DNA of 64,000 nt. Source: Sphaerodactylus townsendi. Lineage: Eukaryota. Below the pieces are notes generated by a model. It was not told the origin of the DNA and searched no databases. It was given only the letters and a program-made list of their open reading frames with translations. The stretch is from NCBI RefSeq assembly GCF_021028975.2, contig NC_059440.1, positions 22,506,001 through 22,570,000 of the forward strand, written 5' to 3'. Shown one piece after another: positions 23,736 through 36,050 of the stretch (position 1 is its first letter; the number at the start of each line of letters is the position of its first letter). The translations under genes and the position numbers were made by a program.

Positions 23736-26165
23736 TTGACTCCAGTTTTCACAAGAGAGTCTACTTTCAGGTGGCTACCGGTTGTAATTTTGTAATTTGG
23801 AAAGGGAGGAGGTTAGCAACAAGATGTATTTCGGAAGTTCTGTAGCAGATCAGCTGTGGATTCAATAGATGCTGTGAAGGCTTTGTTGGCGCTCTGAAAT
23901 CCCTGCCGCTGTGTGCTTCCCCTTCTGTGGCACTGATGCCTCAGTTTGACCTTGCTATTTTCCCTGGTATATCAATGGGTACCATGAGCAGCTGAGCCCC
24001 AGCATGACAGCAATCGATGGGGTCAGCTTGCTGCTTTAGATTTGATTATTGTTACCCAAAAGGAAGGCAAAATTTTCCTCCCAGGAGCATTATGTGTATG
24101 AGGTCCCCTTAAATTCATATACCATTTTTGGATAACACGCAATAATAAATGGTTTGTGTTTAACCTGGGGGTGGGATTGTCTTACATGTTGGGTAATCTT
24201 TTAGTAACTATGATATTTGTGGCTTTTTAATGTATAGTATGAGCATTTTAATAGCTAAGGGTACAATAAAAACACTTTACAAACTATTTGACACAGTGCA
24301 CAATGGAAGGGGAAATGAGCCAATGCATTCTTTAGACAATAACTGGAGGAGTGATCAACGCCCAGTTGTGTTCCCCATAGTGGGACTTCGGCTTGTAAAC
24401 AAACCTAAAAGCAAAGAATCCTACACATTTGCCTCGTAGAATCACAAACATTAATACTTCAGGATTCCATAACCGAAGTCTAATTGTTAACAGATCTGGT
24501 AAGGATTCTCCTTCTAGCAAGCCATTTTTGTTAAGGATCCCAAGTTGCAAAATCTAATGCCGGGCTTCACACATGCAAACGGGATACCATCCTTAGATAA
24601 GCAAAAAGACACTGGATGAAGGCAGAGCAGTCTCAGTCTTATGATAGAGAATAGCTCCTAACTGTCCATGTTCTAGGCATAACAGAAAATCTGCCCTGAA
24701 AATGGGCTCTAGTGGGTTTGGGGGAGCTTGAAGGGAAGGTTAGCTTGTGAACTGTCTACTATTTGTGTGCTAAAGGCCGGCTGGGAGTTAAAAGTATGTT
24801 AAAAGCATTCTCATCTCCTGCTTCCTCCACAGCATCTAAGCATGTAACACAATACCCCACCAAATACAGAGTAGAACCTCTATATGGGATAACGTCATAT
24901 GGTTTGTAGTTCTAGATGATATGGGATGGAGGGAAGGGTAGACAGACAGGTGGGGCCGCGGCAAAATCTAATGCTGGCTTCTGGCACTGGGCATGCCTTT
25001 CTTGACAGGTTAATATCAGCTATGCTGGAGGTGATTTAACAAGTGTGACCAGTTAACCGGGGGCCGGGGGGGGGGGCAGTTGTCAGTGTTTAAAAGAGCT
25101 GCTCTAGTAAGGTATAAGTGTGACTATTTCACATGTGTATTCTACAGGGTTTGGAATTCTGCCCCCTTGCCGAGTTCAGTTTGCCCAACCATCTGCAAAA
25201 GATTCGGCGGTATTAGGTTGCTGCTCCACTTTGGCAAAGGGGCCTTGCGTTTTAATTCAAACCCCACCCCAAGACTCTAGCTTTAGTACTTCCTCCCCAT
25301 TTGTATCATGGGCAGGCCTGCTCTGATGCCGGCTCCAAAATACCCATCCAGCGAGTTAGTTGACAAAACAGAACATGAGTCAACAATGTCGGGTCAGGTC
25401 AAACGGCTCATGCCATTTTTGGTTGTAACTGAATCGTTTTTGAGCCAGCCATAGGGAGGGCTGTCTGCATTTTGTAAAAAAAACGTTTGCGTGCTGGAAA
25501 GGATCCTGACAAGAGCTTACGAAGGTGTCTGAGAGACGGACGGACGGAAGGAACTGGCTACGTTTACCCCATGAACCGACAAAATCATGTGTGTCTGCTA
25601 CGGAAGCAACATGTTCGCAGACTGAAATGGCTGGGGCCATCTGCTTTGAGAGGGTAATCTGTTTGCAGGCTGGAAATATGTAGACGGGTGTCAGGAGGAG
25701 TGGGAGGAACTGTTTATCCTACTGGTGCAGAGAGCTGTGGGCTCCACGGGGGACCAGTGGAGACTTCCAAGGAGAGGCTGGACAGGCACCAATTATGTTA
25801 AGTATCGGGTAGCCGCAGAAGGGGGCCAGATGACCTTTTAGCCTATTCCTGATCTGGCATTCCAGGCCTCTGCTCCTACACATGCCTATGTGAAAGTCAG
25901 TTTCCCTGAAATCTACTGGCTGACGGGGTAATTCTAGATGGGACTGAGCAAGAAATCATGGCCAACGGTCAGCTGGACAGAAGAACACTTAACATGTTCA
26001 AACCGTTCCACACCTTATTTTAATTTTATTTATTTCTGCACTTATATCGCGCCAATCCCCCGAAGGGCTCGAGGCAGTTTACAATCAACATAATTTTTAA
26101 AAGCCTTCGACAATACAATAAAACAAAAACGACATAAAAATATAAATTACAAAATATAAATGCTA

Positions 26166-26585
<420 letters not shown>

Positions 26586-27161
26586 AGAATTCATTAGAGA
26601 TCGCTTATAAAATTGGCTGGTCTTTTGGACAGTGCTGGTTAATACAAGCCGTGACCGCTAGGGTGTCGTCTAGGAGGGAAAACTTCGAAGCAAGAGGCGG
26701 TGGCCACAAGGTGTCAGGACTGCTTGAAAAGGAAAACAGTGCTACTCGAGGGCCACCAAATAGCTGTGCTTTGTGAGGGCTGCTGTCCAATGCTTACTAC
26801 GCCAAGGCTAAGTCAAAACAGCAATCATTTAATAAAGTGAAAAAAAGAGCTAATGCCAGAGCATACCAACAAAACAAAAACAGAAATTCCAGCAAGGCAA
26901 AGAAAAACAAAGGAATTTTTCATTTTATTAGATTTCTGCACTTACTGCTCTTTTGCCTTATCCATTACACCATTCCTGACTTATTGTTTATTGCTGTCCG
27001 ATGCTGTCACGAGCATCCCTCAATATCATGATGGCTGCTGTGTTGTCCCAAATGCTTTCTTCGAAGCCTCCTGCCGCCCAAACCCCATGGATGATGGAGC
27101 CACGGGGAGGGTGTACCGCAAAGATGGTGCCAATCTTAGAAGAGAACCTAAGGATCTGACA

Positions 27162-27277
27162 GAGCGGTGTCCAACTGTGGCCCTCCAGATGTTCATGGAC
27201 TACGATTCCCATGCTGGTGGGAGCAGATGGGAACAGTAGTCCATGAACATCTGGAGGGGCAGAGTTGGACACCCCTG
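27162..27277. mobile_element. Palindromic hAT MITE
   Basis: Inverted arms ggtgtccaact...ccctccagatgttcatggactac. Confidence 0.75.
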
Positions 27278-28320
27278 ATCTAAAAAGATCTCTAACCTTC
27301 CCTCCCACTGTTAAAAACTTGATCCAATTTTTAAAAACCTTGCGCAGTTTCTTTTCGCACTCACATCTTTCCCTCCAAGCTCCCTGGGCTGTTTCGTTTT
27401 GCTTACATATTGCAATTTTTAAGTTCAAGTTAAATAGAACAGGATAAGACGGATCTCCAATATTAAACAGTAGGAAAAAATACAACAGCAGAAGAGCAAT
27501 CTCTCAGACAAACGTTTTATTACCAGCCCCACTAGAATACTGAAACAGCATTAAAAAGATGACTGGGAGAGAATCTTAAAATGAGACCCAGTTAAACAAA
27601 AGTGACTCTGTTTGACGCAACTGGCAAAAACTCTGCAGACTCGGTGTTTGGTAAAGCAGTTCCACAGCTGAGGCGCCACAACAGAGAAGGCTCTGCATCT
27701 GGGGCCAAACCCTTTATTTCTAAAGGTGGGCCGCAAAGGTTTGGACAGGGACTTGGCTGATCAGCGTCCAGCACCAACTGTATGCAACCACTCTTCCAAA
27801 TATCAAAGATTGATGAGCTTGTGTGAAAGAGAAGCAGGAAGAATTAAGCAGCTACTGTGGTGTTTGCGGCCAGATTGATGGGTTTGTCCAGAAGTGCTCC
27901 ATGTTTGAATCCTTGCTCTGTGACAAAGCGCCTGGTCAAAACTGCTCTCTCTCTCTCTCCCAAGCTAAACCTGTTTTTCAAGCTTCGCAGGAGAAGAAGT
28001 TAGGTAAGAAGTGCAAAGCACTTACATTAAACAGACTGGTGGCAGCTTGATTTGCATGTTTTGACCATTATCTAAAAAAGGGCACAGTTACTCAGCAATA
28101 CTGCCAAGCATTAGGGACCTGTGTGGCTTCGGTATTAATGATTAACATGCCAGACCTCTCTCGGCAGTCCTGATAAAGAAGTGCCTTCATGTCCAACACC
28201 TGATAATTGCTTACGTTATTTGAAGGCTGACATAAATCGCTGTGGAGCCGGCAGCTGCTACTGTGAAGCCAAGCTCGGCTGGAGTACAATCGCTTTGCTA
28301 CGGCTGCTCAGTTTGGCAGC

Positions 28321-29214
28321 ATGGAACCGGAAGCGATCTCTCCTGGAACCGCCAGTGGGGAAACAAGCGAGTGTGAATCTGCTGAAGAAAAAGTGGCAGG
28401 GACGGACAATTGCAGCGCCTCTGAAGACCATGATAAAAACACAGACCACGTAGGATGCGGGACTCCAGATTCCAAAGAAAAGAATGCGGCGTCTTATGTG
28501 AAACTGCAGTCTCTGCAAACCTTGGACCAACTACTTATGGGCAGGAAATACACAACGTTCCAGATGTCACCACTGTCCGTACCTGCTTCTTTGGGTTGTT
28601 CTGATAGTTCGGCCAATCAGGGAGACTTTGGACGCTCTTCCGACGGCTCAGCCGCAGACATGGACTGCCTTGTCTGCTTCAACCGCTACAGTTGCAGCCG
28701 GCCCCCCAAGGTTCTCGCCTGCCACCATGTCTTCTGCGCGGTCTGCCTGAAGCTGATGCTGCGGAATGAAGATAATGCCTGGAGAATTATTTGTCCCGTC
28801 TGCCGGAAAGTCACCACCGTCTTCGGAGGGCTTATTTGCGGCCTCCCCAATAAAGTGGGCATTGGGCACTTGGCCGATCCTGGCCCAAATGCAGAGATGC
28901 ATTTCTCTCCGGACGCTCTTAGTGGAACGCTGGTGATTCACAGCACTTTCTCTATCAGCCAAGGTGAAGAACACAGTAACAGGGTGGCTGCCAAGAGGCT
29001 GCTCTTTCTCATCTTGCTGTTGATGAGCGTCATGCTTTTCGTGCTCCCCTTCCTGTACGGTGGCCTGTTGACGTGGACCCTTTGCTTTGCTGTCATTCTG
29101 GGACTGATCGTGGCCGGGGTGCTTTGTTGCAATCCTAACTGGAGCTGCAGCCGTTCAAACATTTTACCCCCTTGCGGGCGAACGAGCATGAGCCACATCA
29201 CATCTGCTGCCTGA
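28321..29214 (+). CDS. RNF186: RING finger protein 186 (E3 ligase), single coding exon, 297 aa
   Basis: C3HC4 RING CLVCFNRYSCSRPPKVLACHHVFCAVCLKLMLRNEDNAWRIICPVCRK followed by VTTVFGGLIC, then two C-terminal hydrophobic helices. Neighbour of OTUD3. Confidence 0.92.
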   Translation: MEPEAISPGTASGETSECESAEEKVAGTDNCSASEDHDKNTDHVGCGTPDSKEKNAASYVKLQSLQTLDQLLMGRKYTTFQMSPLSVPASLGCSDSSANQGDFGRSSDGSAADMDCLVCFNRYSCSRPPKVLACHHVFCAVCLKLMLRNEDNAWRIICPVCRKVTTVFGGLICGLPNKVGIGHLADPGPNAEMHFSPDALSGTLVIHSTFSISQGEEHSNRVAAKRLLFLILLLMSVMLFVLPFLYGGLLTWTLCFAVILGLIVAGVLCCNPNWSCSRSNILPPCGRTSMSHITSAA

Positions 29215-29992
29215 AACGGTCCTCGGGAAGGGACGCCCTGGACCTTAGAAAAGTTCCGCCAGCAACTTCCATCTGGCAAAGATTTCAAACAGGTTGTGCC
29301 ATTGAACTGCCTCTGATTCCTGACTTGTCTGAATCAGGTAGCTGGTGCTCCACTTCCGTCACGCGAATTCCTGGACTGTTCTTCACCCTGTTGCCTTCTC
29401 AGCAATACAAGAGGCAGCCAGAATGTTGCCTTCAGGGATGTTCCAGGGGAAGTGTTTTGCAACATAAACAGGCTCTGCCGTTATTGCTGCCACTGAACAG
29501 CAATGGAGAGTTCCATGAGTGAGCAATAGAAGACCATCTACCCACTGCCTTAGGATATCTCTCAGGGCAGAAAAACTGGGAGTGGCGCTCTATGCACTGC
29601 CTCCCGCATCCTCAGACAGGTGACATGAAGGAACTGCACGGCAACCACAGAGCACGTCTGCCCGAGAATGAAGAGCCCAGCTGGCAGCAGGAGATGAAAA
29701 GAAGCTAGGTGGATCGATTGATTGTCTGACTTGGCACAGCAGCCTTATATGCTCATCTGGAACAGCAGACTTGGAGGCCTGGTCCCAGTGTACATCTGCT
29801 CCAACATGGACCTTTAAACAGATGGACCATTTGCTGGCAATTAATAATGAAGGACTTTTTAAAAGGACATTCGTGATACGTTTTCTCATCAGTGGCAAAC
29901 CTGTTGCGGAAGAGCGCCATGGGTTATGCAGGGCCATTACGTAAAAAGTATGTGTTTGCAGATACATGTGTTAACCTGTCTTTGTACTCTAG

Positions 29993-30280
29993 GAGCAGCA
30001 GTGGCGTAGTGGTTAACAGCAGGTGTACTGTAATCTGGAGGAACTGGGTTTGATTCCCCGCTCTGCCACTTGAGCTGTGGAGGCTTATCTGGGGAATTCA
30101 GATTAGCCTGTGCCCTCCAGCACACGCCAGCTGGGTGACCTTGGGCTAGTCACAGTTCTTCGGAGCTCTCTCAGCCCCACCCACCTCACAGGGAGGAAGG
30201 AAAAGGAGTTTGTAAGCCCCTTTGAGTCTCCTACAGGAGAGAAAGGGGGGATATAAATTCAACTCTCCTTCTTCTCCTTC
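29993..30280 (+). mobile_element. tRNA-derived SINE (Squam3-like)
   Basis: A/B-box head and CTT-rich tail; many sister copies in the window. Confidence 0.82.
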
Positions 30281-31561
30281 CATGCAGCAGAAAGAAATGT
30301 GTGAACAGGAGCGGGGAAGGGGAGGCTCCTTTTACAAGATGGCCTTTATTGGCATACAGGGAGGCTCCTCTTCCCAAGTAAGCATATTGCTGAATTTTAT
30401 GACAATTCTGGTTGTATCTGAAGATTCAAGGTTTTTTTTTACCAGGTTTCCCCACATCTGGTCCTTTCTACCAACTGTACTAAGACCTTACAGAAATACT
30501 GCTGTTAAAATGTTTGTGTCTGCTGTGCATAAATGGTGCTAGGGTGGCATATCAGTCTGTGTAATCCTTCTCAAATCCCAGTGAGAAAGGCAGACTGTAA
30601 GTAAAGCAAACAAAATATAAGTCACTTTATTGTCTTTTATTTGCTCATAGATATGGAAACGTAAGACCATAAGAAAACGTGGGGCCATGGTAGCAGTGGG
30701 GAAAGACTTGGGGGGTGTCAGATCTAAAGTAGCTGCTGAAAGGATGCCCGTAAAGGAACAGAGGGAGAACAGTGGTTGAAATCTGAAGTCAGCTCTCATT
30801 TTGTTCTAGTTCTTTTTGTTTCATGTTGTCACTGGAAGAGCAAAGACAACTTCTGCTTTCATTCCTTTTCTCTGGGCAAGGCCTGATAAGACCAAAGGTA
30901 CAAATCACAGCTGTTGTGCCTCAAGACACTTGGCAGTTTCAGCACTGGGATGGGAAGGACAGAAATTCTCCACTACAAAACCAGCAACTTCTCTCCCTTA
31001 TAACTATTTCCAGGTTCTGTGCTAAGGGACGCATGTTAAAATGCTTTATATCTGTTGACCTTACTCACTGGCCTAACCCAAACAACCATGCAGGTTCCAT
31101 ACAAAATCTGTTTCATATTTTGCCTGATGGAGCAAGCGGGCCTGCCAGTTTTTAATCAGTAGAGATATCAATCTAGATCTAATGACGATTAAGCAGCAGG
31201 GGGGCCAACTGTAATTGATCAGGCTGCCTCTTTATTTTGTGAGTCTGCTTTTGTTTGGGGACATTTATTGTAACAGGGAATGACAAAGAATATATTAAAA
31301 AATGGTGTTTCCTAACAAGTGCTAGCTTTTCGCTTGTTACGTTTGTCTCTCAACCATCCTTTGGTATCTCAAGAAGGCAGCGGTAACAGACACCTTTACT
31401 TGCATGCAAATTGATTTAATCCAAGCGAGTGGCCAATTTAAAACCGATGGAACACTTGTTAAAGGCTGCTCCAATATTACTCTGTCCATTCTGTTTCTCT
31501 TGCATTTTCAATGGATGCCTGATTGCTTGACTTTACAAGGTATCTTAAATGTGTTTTCAAT

Positions 31562-31702
31562 GGCTCATTCCGCACTTGCAGAATAATGCACTTTCAAACT
31601 GCTTTCAGTGCTTTTTGAAGCTGTGCGGAACGGCAAAATCCACTTGCAAACAGTTGTGAAAGTGGTTTGAAAACGCATTATTTTGCGTGTGCGGAAGGGG
31701 CC
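31562..31702. mobile_element. PIF/Harbinger-like MITE
   Basis: Same TIR family as 4331-4470; 3-bp TSD AAT/AAT. Confidence 0.78.
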
Positions 31703-31733
31703 AATGAGAAGAAGAAGAGTTTAGATTTATATC

Positions 31734-33606
31734 CAGTGGCGTTCCTGCCTAGGGACAGGGGGTACCCTATGTCCCTGGGCGCCCCCCATTTGGTCACGTG
31801 GGGGGCGCCAACATTTCAGGGTCGTTTGTGGTTTTTTTAAATTTTCCAGTGTTTTTTCACATTCTGGCCTGCAGGGGGCGCATTTTTAAGGCTAGCAACA
31901 CAAAAATTTCAAGGTACCATCCAGAGACTGTCCTGATGATACCAACCAAATTTGGTGATGATTGGTTTAGGGGCAGCAAAGTTATGGACCCCCAAAGAGG
32001 GTGCCCCCAACCCCATTGTTTTCAATGGGAGCTAACCTGAGATGGGGGCTATCCATTTGAGGGACCATAACTTTGGTCCCCCTGAACATAACTTCACCAA
32101 ACTTGGGTGGCATCATAAGAATAGTTAACAGTTGATACCCTGAAATTTTGGTGTCACTAGCTTTAAAAATACACCCCTTCCAGGCACCCAAAAAAATTGC
32201 CCAAGATTCTTTGTTTTGCAGTGACTTTGCTCCATTGTAGCCAATGGGGAATTTCTGAGTGTGTAGGCAGGCTGCACATTTTTGAAGATAGAGGCACCAG
32301 ACTTTCAGGGTGGCTCCAGGAGGGCCTCCTGGTAATAGTATCCAGGTTTGGAGACCTTTGCTTTTGGGGGTTCAATTTTATGGGCCCCCAAAAGGCTTAT
32401 TTTGTTTCCCCACTCCTGCACATGAAAGCCTGTGGGCTGAGTTCTCTCAGAACTCTCTCAACTCGCCCCCCCCCACTCCAGAAGCAAAGCTCACCAAGCT
32501 TGGATGCTATTACCAGGAGACCCTCCTGGAGCCACCTTGAAAGTCTGGAGCCTCTATCTTCAAAAATGTGCAGCCTGCCTCAGAAATTCCTCATTCGCTA
32601 CAATGGAGCAAAGTCACTGCAAAACAAAGAATCTTGGGCAAATTTCTTGGGGTGCCTGGAAGAGGTCTATTTTTTAAAGCTAGTAACACCAAAATTTCAG
32701 GGTATCATCTGTTAACTATTCTTATGATTCCACCCAAGTTTGGTGAAGTTATGTTCAGAGGGACCAAAGTTATGGTCCCTCAAATGGGTAACCCCCATCT
32801 CAGGTTAGCTCCCATTGAAAACAATGGGGATGGGGGTGTTCCATTTGGGCGTCCATAACTTTGCTGCCCCTGAACCAAACATCGCCAAACTCAGGTGATA
32901 TCATCAGGGCAGTCTCTGGATGATGCCCTGAAATCATGGTGCCGCTAGCTTTAAAAATGCACTCCCTGCAGGCTGAAAAAACACCAAAAAAACCCCCAAA
33001 AAACCCAAATACCTTGCATTCGCATTTGTTCATATTTGGCCAAGACATAATCGGACAATTTTTGTCCAAATATGCCCGAATGTGCCCATATTCCAGCCGA
33101 ATCTGCTATTTGTTTCATCTGAATCTCCAACCCTCAAAAGTGATGCTGTTTGTTTTAACCGGGGACCCCAGTTTCTCCCTAAGGTAGGTTTAAAAGAAGA
33201 ATCTGAGCTCCCTAGTTTAAACACCATTGAAAGTAATGCTGTTTGGGGGTGGATTCTGCTGGCGTTGTTTTGTGAGAGATTATGCTGACATTTGTTTGGT
33301 AACTGTTTTGCTGGGGGTGATTTGTGAGAGATTTACATGCTTAATACCCACTTGCACTGGCTTGGAATTGTTTCTCAGGCTAACAACCTACCTCATAGGG
33401 TTGTTGTGATTAGGAAATTAGGAAAAGAGTTGGTGGGGAGAGAGCCATGTATGTTTTGATGGGAGTGGGAGGTGTTTTGTGAGCTGGTACAAAAAATCAT
33501 TGTTTGGTCATGGTGGGGGAGGGTGGCAGCCCATATGCCGGGTGGGGAGGGGGGCGCCAAACTCAGGTTTTGTCCCCTGGCGCCGGTTTGCCTAGGTACG
33601 CCCCTG
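31734..33606. mobile_element. 1.87-kb non-autonomous hAT element with a ~500-bp-arm internal foldback, inserted in a minus-strand SINE (31706-33876)
   Basis: Ends CAGTGGCGTTCCT / AGGTACGCCCCTG; perfect TSD TTTATATC at 31726-31733 and 33607-33614; arms ~31830-32360 and ~32485-33005. Confidence 0.88.
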
Positions 33607-34412
33607 TTTATATCCCACCTTTCTCTCCTGTAAGGAGACTCAAGGTGGCTTACAAGCTCCTTTCCCTTCCTCTCCCCACAACAGACACCTTGTAGGTGGG
33701 GCTGAAAGAGATTGGAAGAGAAGTGTGACTAGCCCAAGGTCACCCAGCAGGAATGTTAGAGTGCGGAAACATATCTGGTTCACCAGATGAGCCTCTGCCA
33801 CATAGGTGGAGGAGTGGGGAATCAAACCCTGTTCTCCAGATTAGAATCCACCTGCTCTTAACCACTTCACCACACTGAGCAGGGACAGTTCTTTAGATAG
33901 TTCTCGTATAACCTCCTTGATAAAAACCATATATTTTATTAAGAGGGCATATACATTCATGTACGGAAGCAGCAGTGGGTCCGTTGCTGTTTACAAGCAG
34001 TGTTATAGCTGCCTATGTAAACTTCCCTAGCTGTGGACTTGAATAAGTTTCAAAAAGAGGAGAGCCGAACAGTTGTTCTGTTGCTGCATAGAAAGGGCCT
34101 AATACTTGATTTAGAAGAACTGGCTTAACGTTGCTCGATGCCCTTCTGCCCTGTTCCCCCGTCATGTGATACATGTCAAACTACAGCATTAATGGAAATA
34201 ACCAAAAGTGTCAGCCATACCACTGAGCAAATTCTACTGACATCAGCAGGGAGGGGATCTAATAAGAAAACAAGGCAATAATTGCAGTACAAAGGTCAGG
34301 GTGATAAATAAATTAAACACGACTTATTAATCTACACAAGACTGCATGGCCATAGATTTGCAAGCTGATTCTAGTGATTATGGATACCAAGGGTCGGGGG
34401 CAGAGAGGACAG

Positions 34413-34467
34413 CAGTAGCAACATTCCCAGTTGCTCAGCACAGTAGCAACATTCCCAGTTGCTCAGC
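34413..34467. repeat. 28-bp tandem duplication
   Basis: CAGTAGCAACATTCCCAGTTGCTCAGC occurs twice. Confidence 0.9.
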
Positions 34468-34971
34468 GCAGAATCAGGTGATCGAAACCACTGAGCCCAC
34501 AGAATCATTAACTGACAGCCAAAAAGCCAAATTATGTGAAGTGAGAGCTTAGATGGCAAGCAACTGTATTTCCCAGCAGTTTAGGGTTCAATAATTTGAG
34601 AGAATAAGAGGAGGCCCATTTAAAGCTACTGGCTATAATGGGTAAATGGAATTTCCAGGATCAGAGTCAGTATGTTATCAGACTTGAATTGTTAGGTGCC
34701 ATCTGGACAATCATGCCTGCTTCAGTGTTTGCCAGGGAATCTCTGGGAAACAGGGTATGGGACAAATGAGTTTTTGATCTGATCACACAAGGCTCTTATG
34801 TCCTTAACCTAAATAAAAACACAGATTTTTATCAAAACAAATATGTTTTGATACTAAATGTGTCTAGCAAAAAGTCTAGAAACAGGCTGCTGCATACAGT
34901 CCTCCTGCCAGCAACATCAGAGGGCAGTCAGCTGTCCGCTGTCTCTATCTGCTCCCGCTACCATTTTATAC

Positions 34972-35185
34972 AGTTGCCAGCTCTGGGTTGGGAACTACCT
35001 GGAGATTTAGGAATGGAGCTTGGGGGAGGGTGGGATTCGAGGTGGGGAGAGACTTCATCAGGTTTCAATGCCACAAAGTCCACACTCCAAAGCAGCCATT
35101 TTCTCCCAAGAAACTGATCTCTGTAGTCTAGAGATAACTGTACCACTGGGAGAACTCCAGACCACATCTAGAGGTTGGCAACCCT
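34972..35185. mobile_element. hAT-Blackjack-like MITE; related copies at ~47325-47530, ~58665-58842 and from ~63930 to the window end
   Basis: GTTGCCA...TGGCAACCCTA ends and shared core gcagccattttctcc...gaactgatctctgtagtct. Confidence 0.6.
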
Positions 35186-35396
35186 ACATCCCAGAGGGTT
35201 CTCCAGGTCAGCTGTCCCCTAAACTGGAGGTTCTGTCTCCGTCCTTCCTCCTCTGTATGTGTGATTTTGGAAGCTTGCATCCCAGCGTCCCTACGTTCAT
35301 CTCTAGAACATTAAATCTCTAGGTAGATAGCAGTTTCTTCTTGACTCGAGCACGAAAATTAATACTGATAGACCTCAAACAGCAAACCTGGTTCTG

Positions 35397-35497
35397 ATGA
35401 GCCACCACCTCCACCCTTACATGAGCCACCACCTCCACCCTTACACGTTCGTTCATTCATTCATTCATTCATTCATTCATTCATTCATTCATTCATT
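35397..35497. repeat. 24-bp tandem duplication followed by a (TCAT)n microsatellite (tail of a minus-strand retroelement remnant)
   Basis: ATGAGCCACCACCTCCACCCTTAC twice, then the TCAT array. Confidence 0.9.
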
Positions 35498-35579
35498 GTA
35501 TTTATACCCCGCTCTACCCCCAAAGGGCTCAGGGCAGCTTACAATAGAATAAAGCCTACGATCATACATGAGGAGGCCA

Positions 35580-36050
35580 TACCCGTGACGGACAGTAGAT
35601 GGCGGCTTAGCCAAAGCTTCTGTGGAAAGGGCTGGCACGGGCCGCTCTGGGCCTCCTCCCTATGGTCCCACTTCCAAGTACTCTTTCTTCCCCTTCATTT
35701 CCCCGTGACGCCAGTTGGGGCGGGGCCACAGCTCACGCAGGCGCAGAGGCGGCTGCACCGCAGCGTCCCAGCGCGAGTATCCGCCGCCGATGTCTCGCAA
35801 GCAGGCGGTGAAGGCCCGGCCGGGGAAGGCGGAGGCGGAACGCAGGAGGGATGAGCGGTCGGCGCGGAGGGCTCAGGCTCGCGAGAGGCGGAACCGGCCT
35901 CAGGCGGAAGGCGAAGGAGTCGGGACCGCGGGCGGCCTGGCCGGTCAGCTCCAAGGGCTGGGACTGCGCCTCAGGGAGGTCCCGGGCGACGGGTGAGCCA
36001 AGCCCCGCCCCTACCAACCGTTCCTAAGCCACGCCCCCAAACGCGACCCT
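35580..36050 (+). promoter_or_regulatory. CpG island and promoter of OTUD3
   Basis: GC/CpG-rich stretch around exon 1, with GC box GGGGCGGGG at ~35717. Confidence 0.8.

Noticed and set aside
29993-30075. tRNA-like A/B boxes here and in sister copies
   Set aside because: These are SINE heads continuing into SINE body and tail, not tRNA genes.
31798-33069. Mirror-image ORFs on both strands (KASNTKISGY... motifs)
   Set aside because: They arise from the inverted arms of a non-autonomous hAT element and show no transposase motifs.
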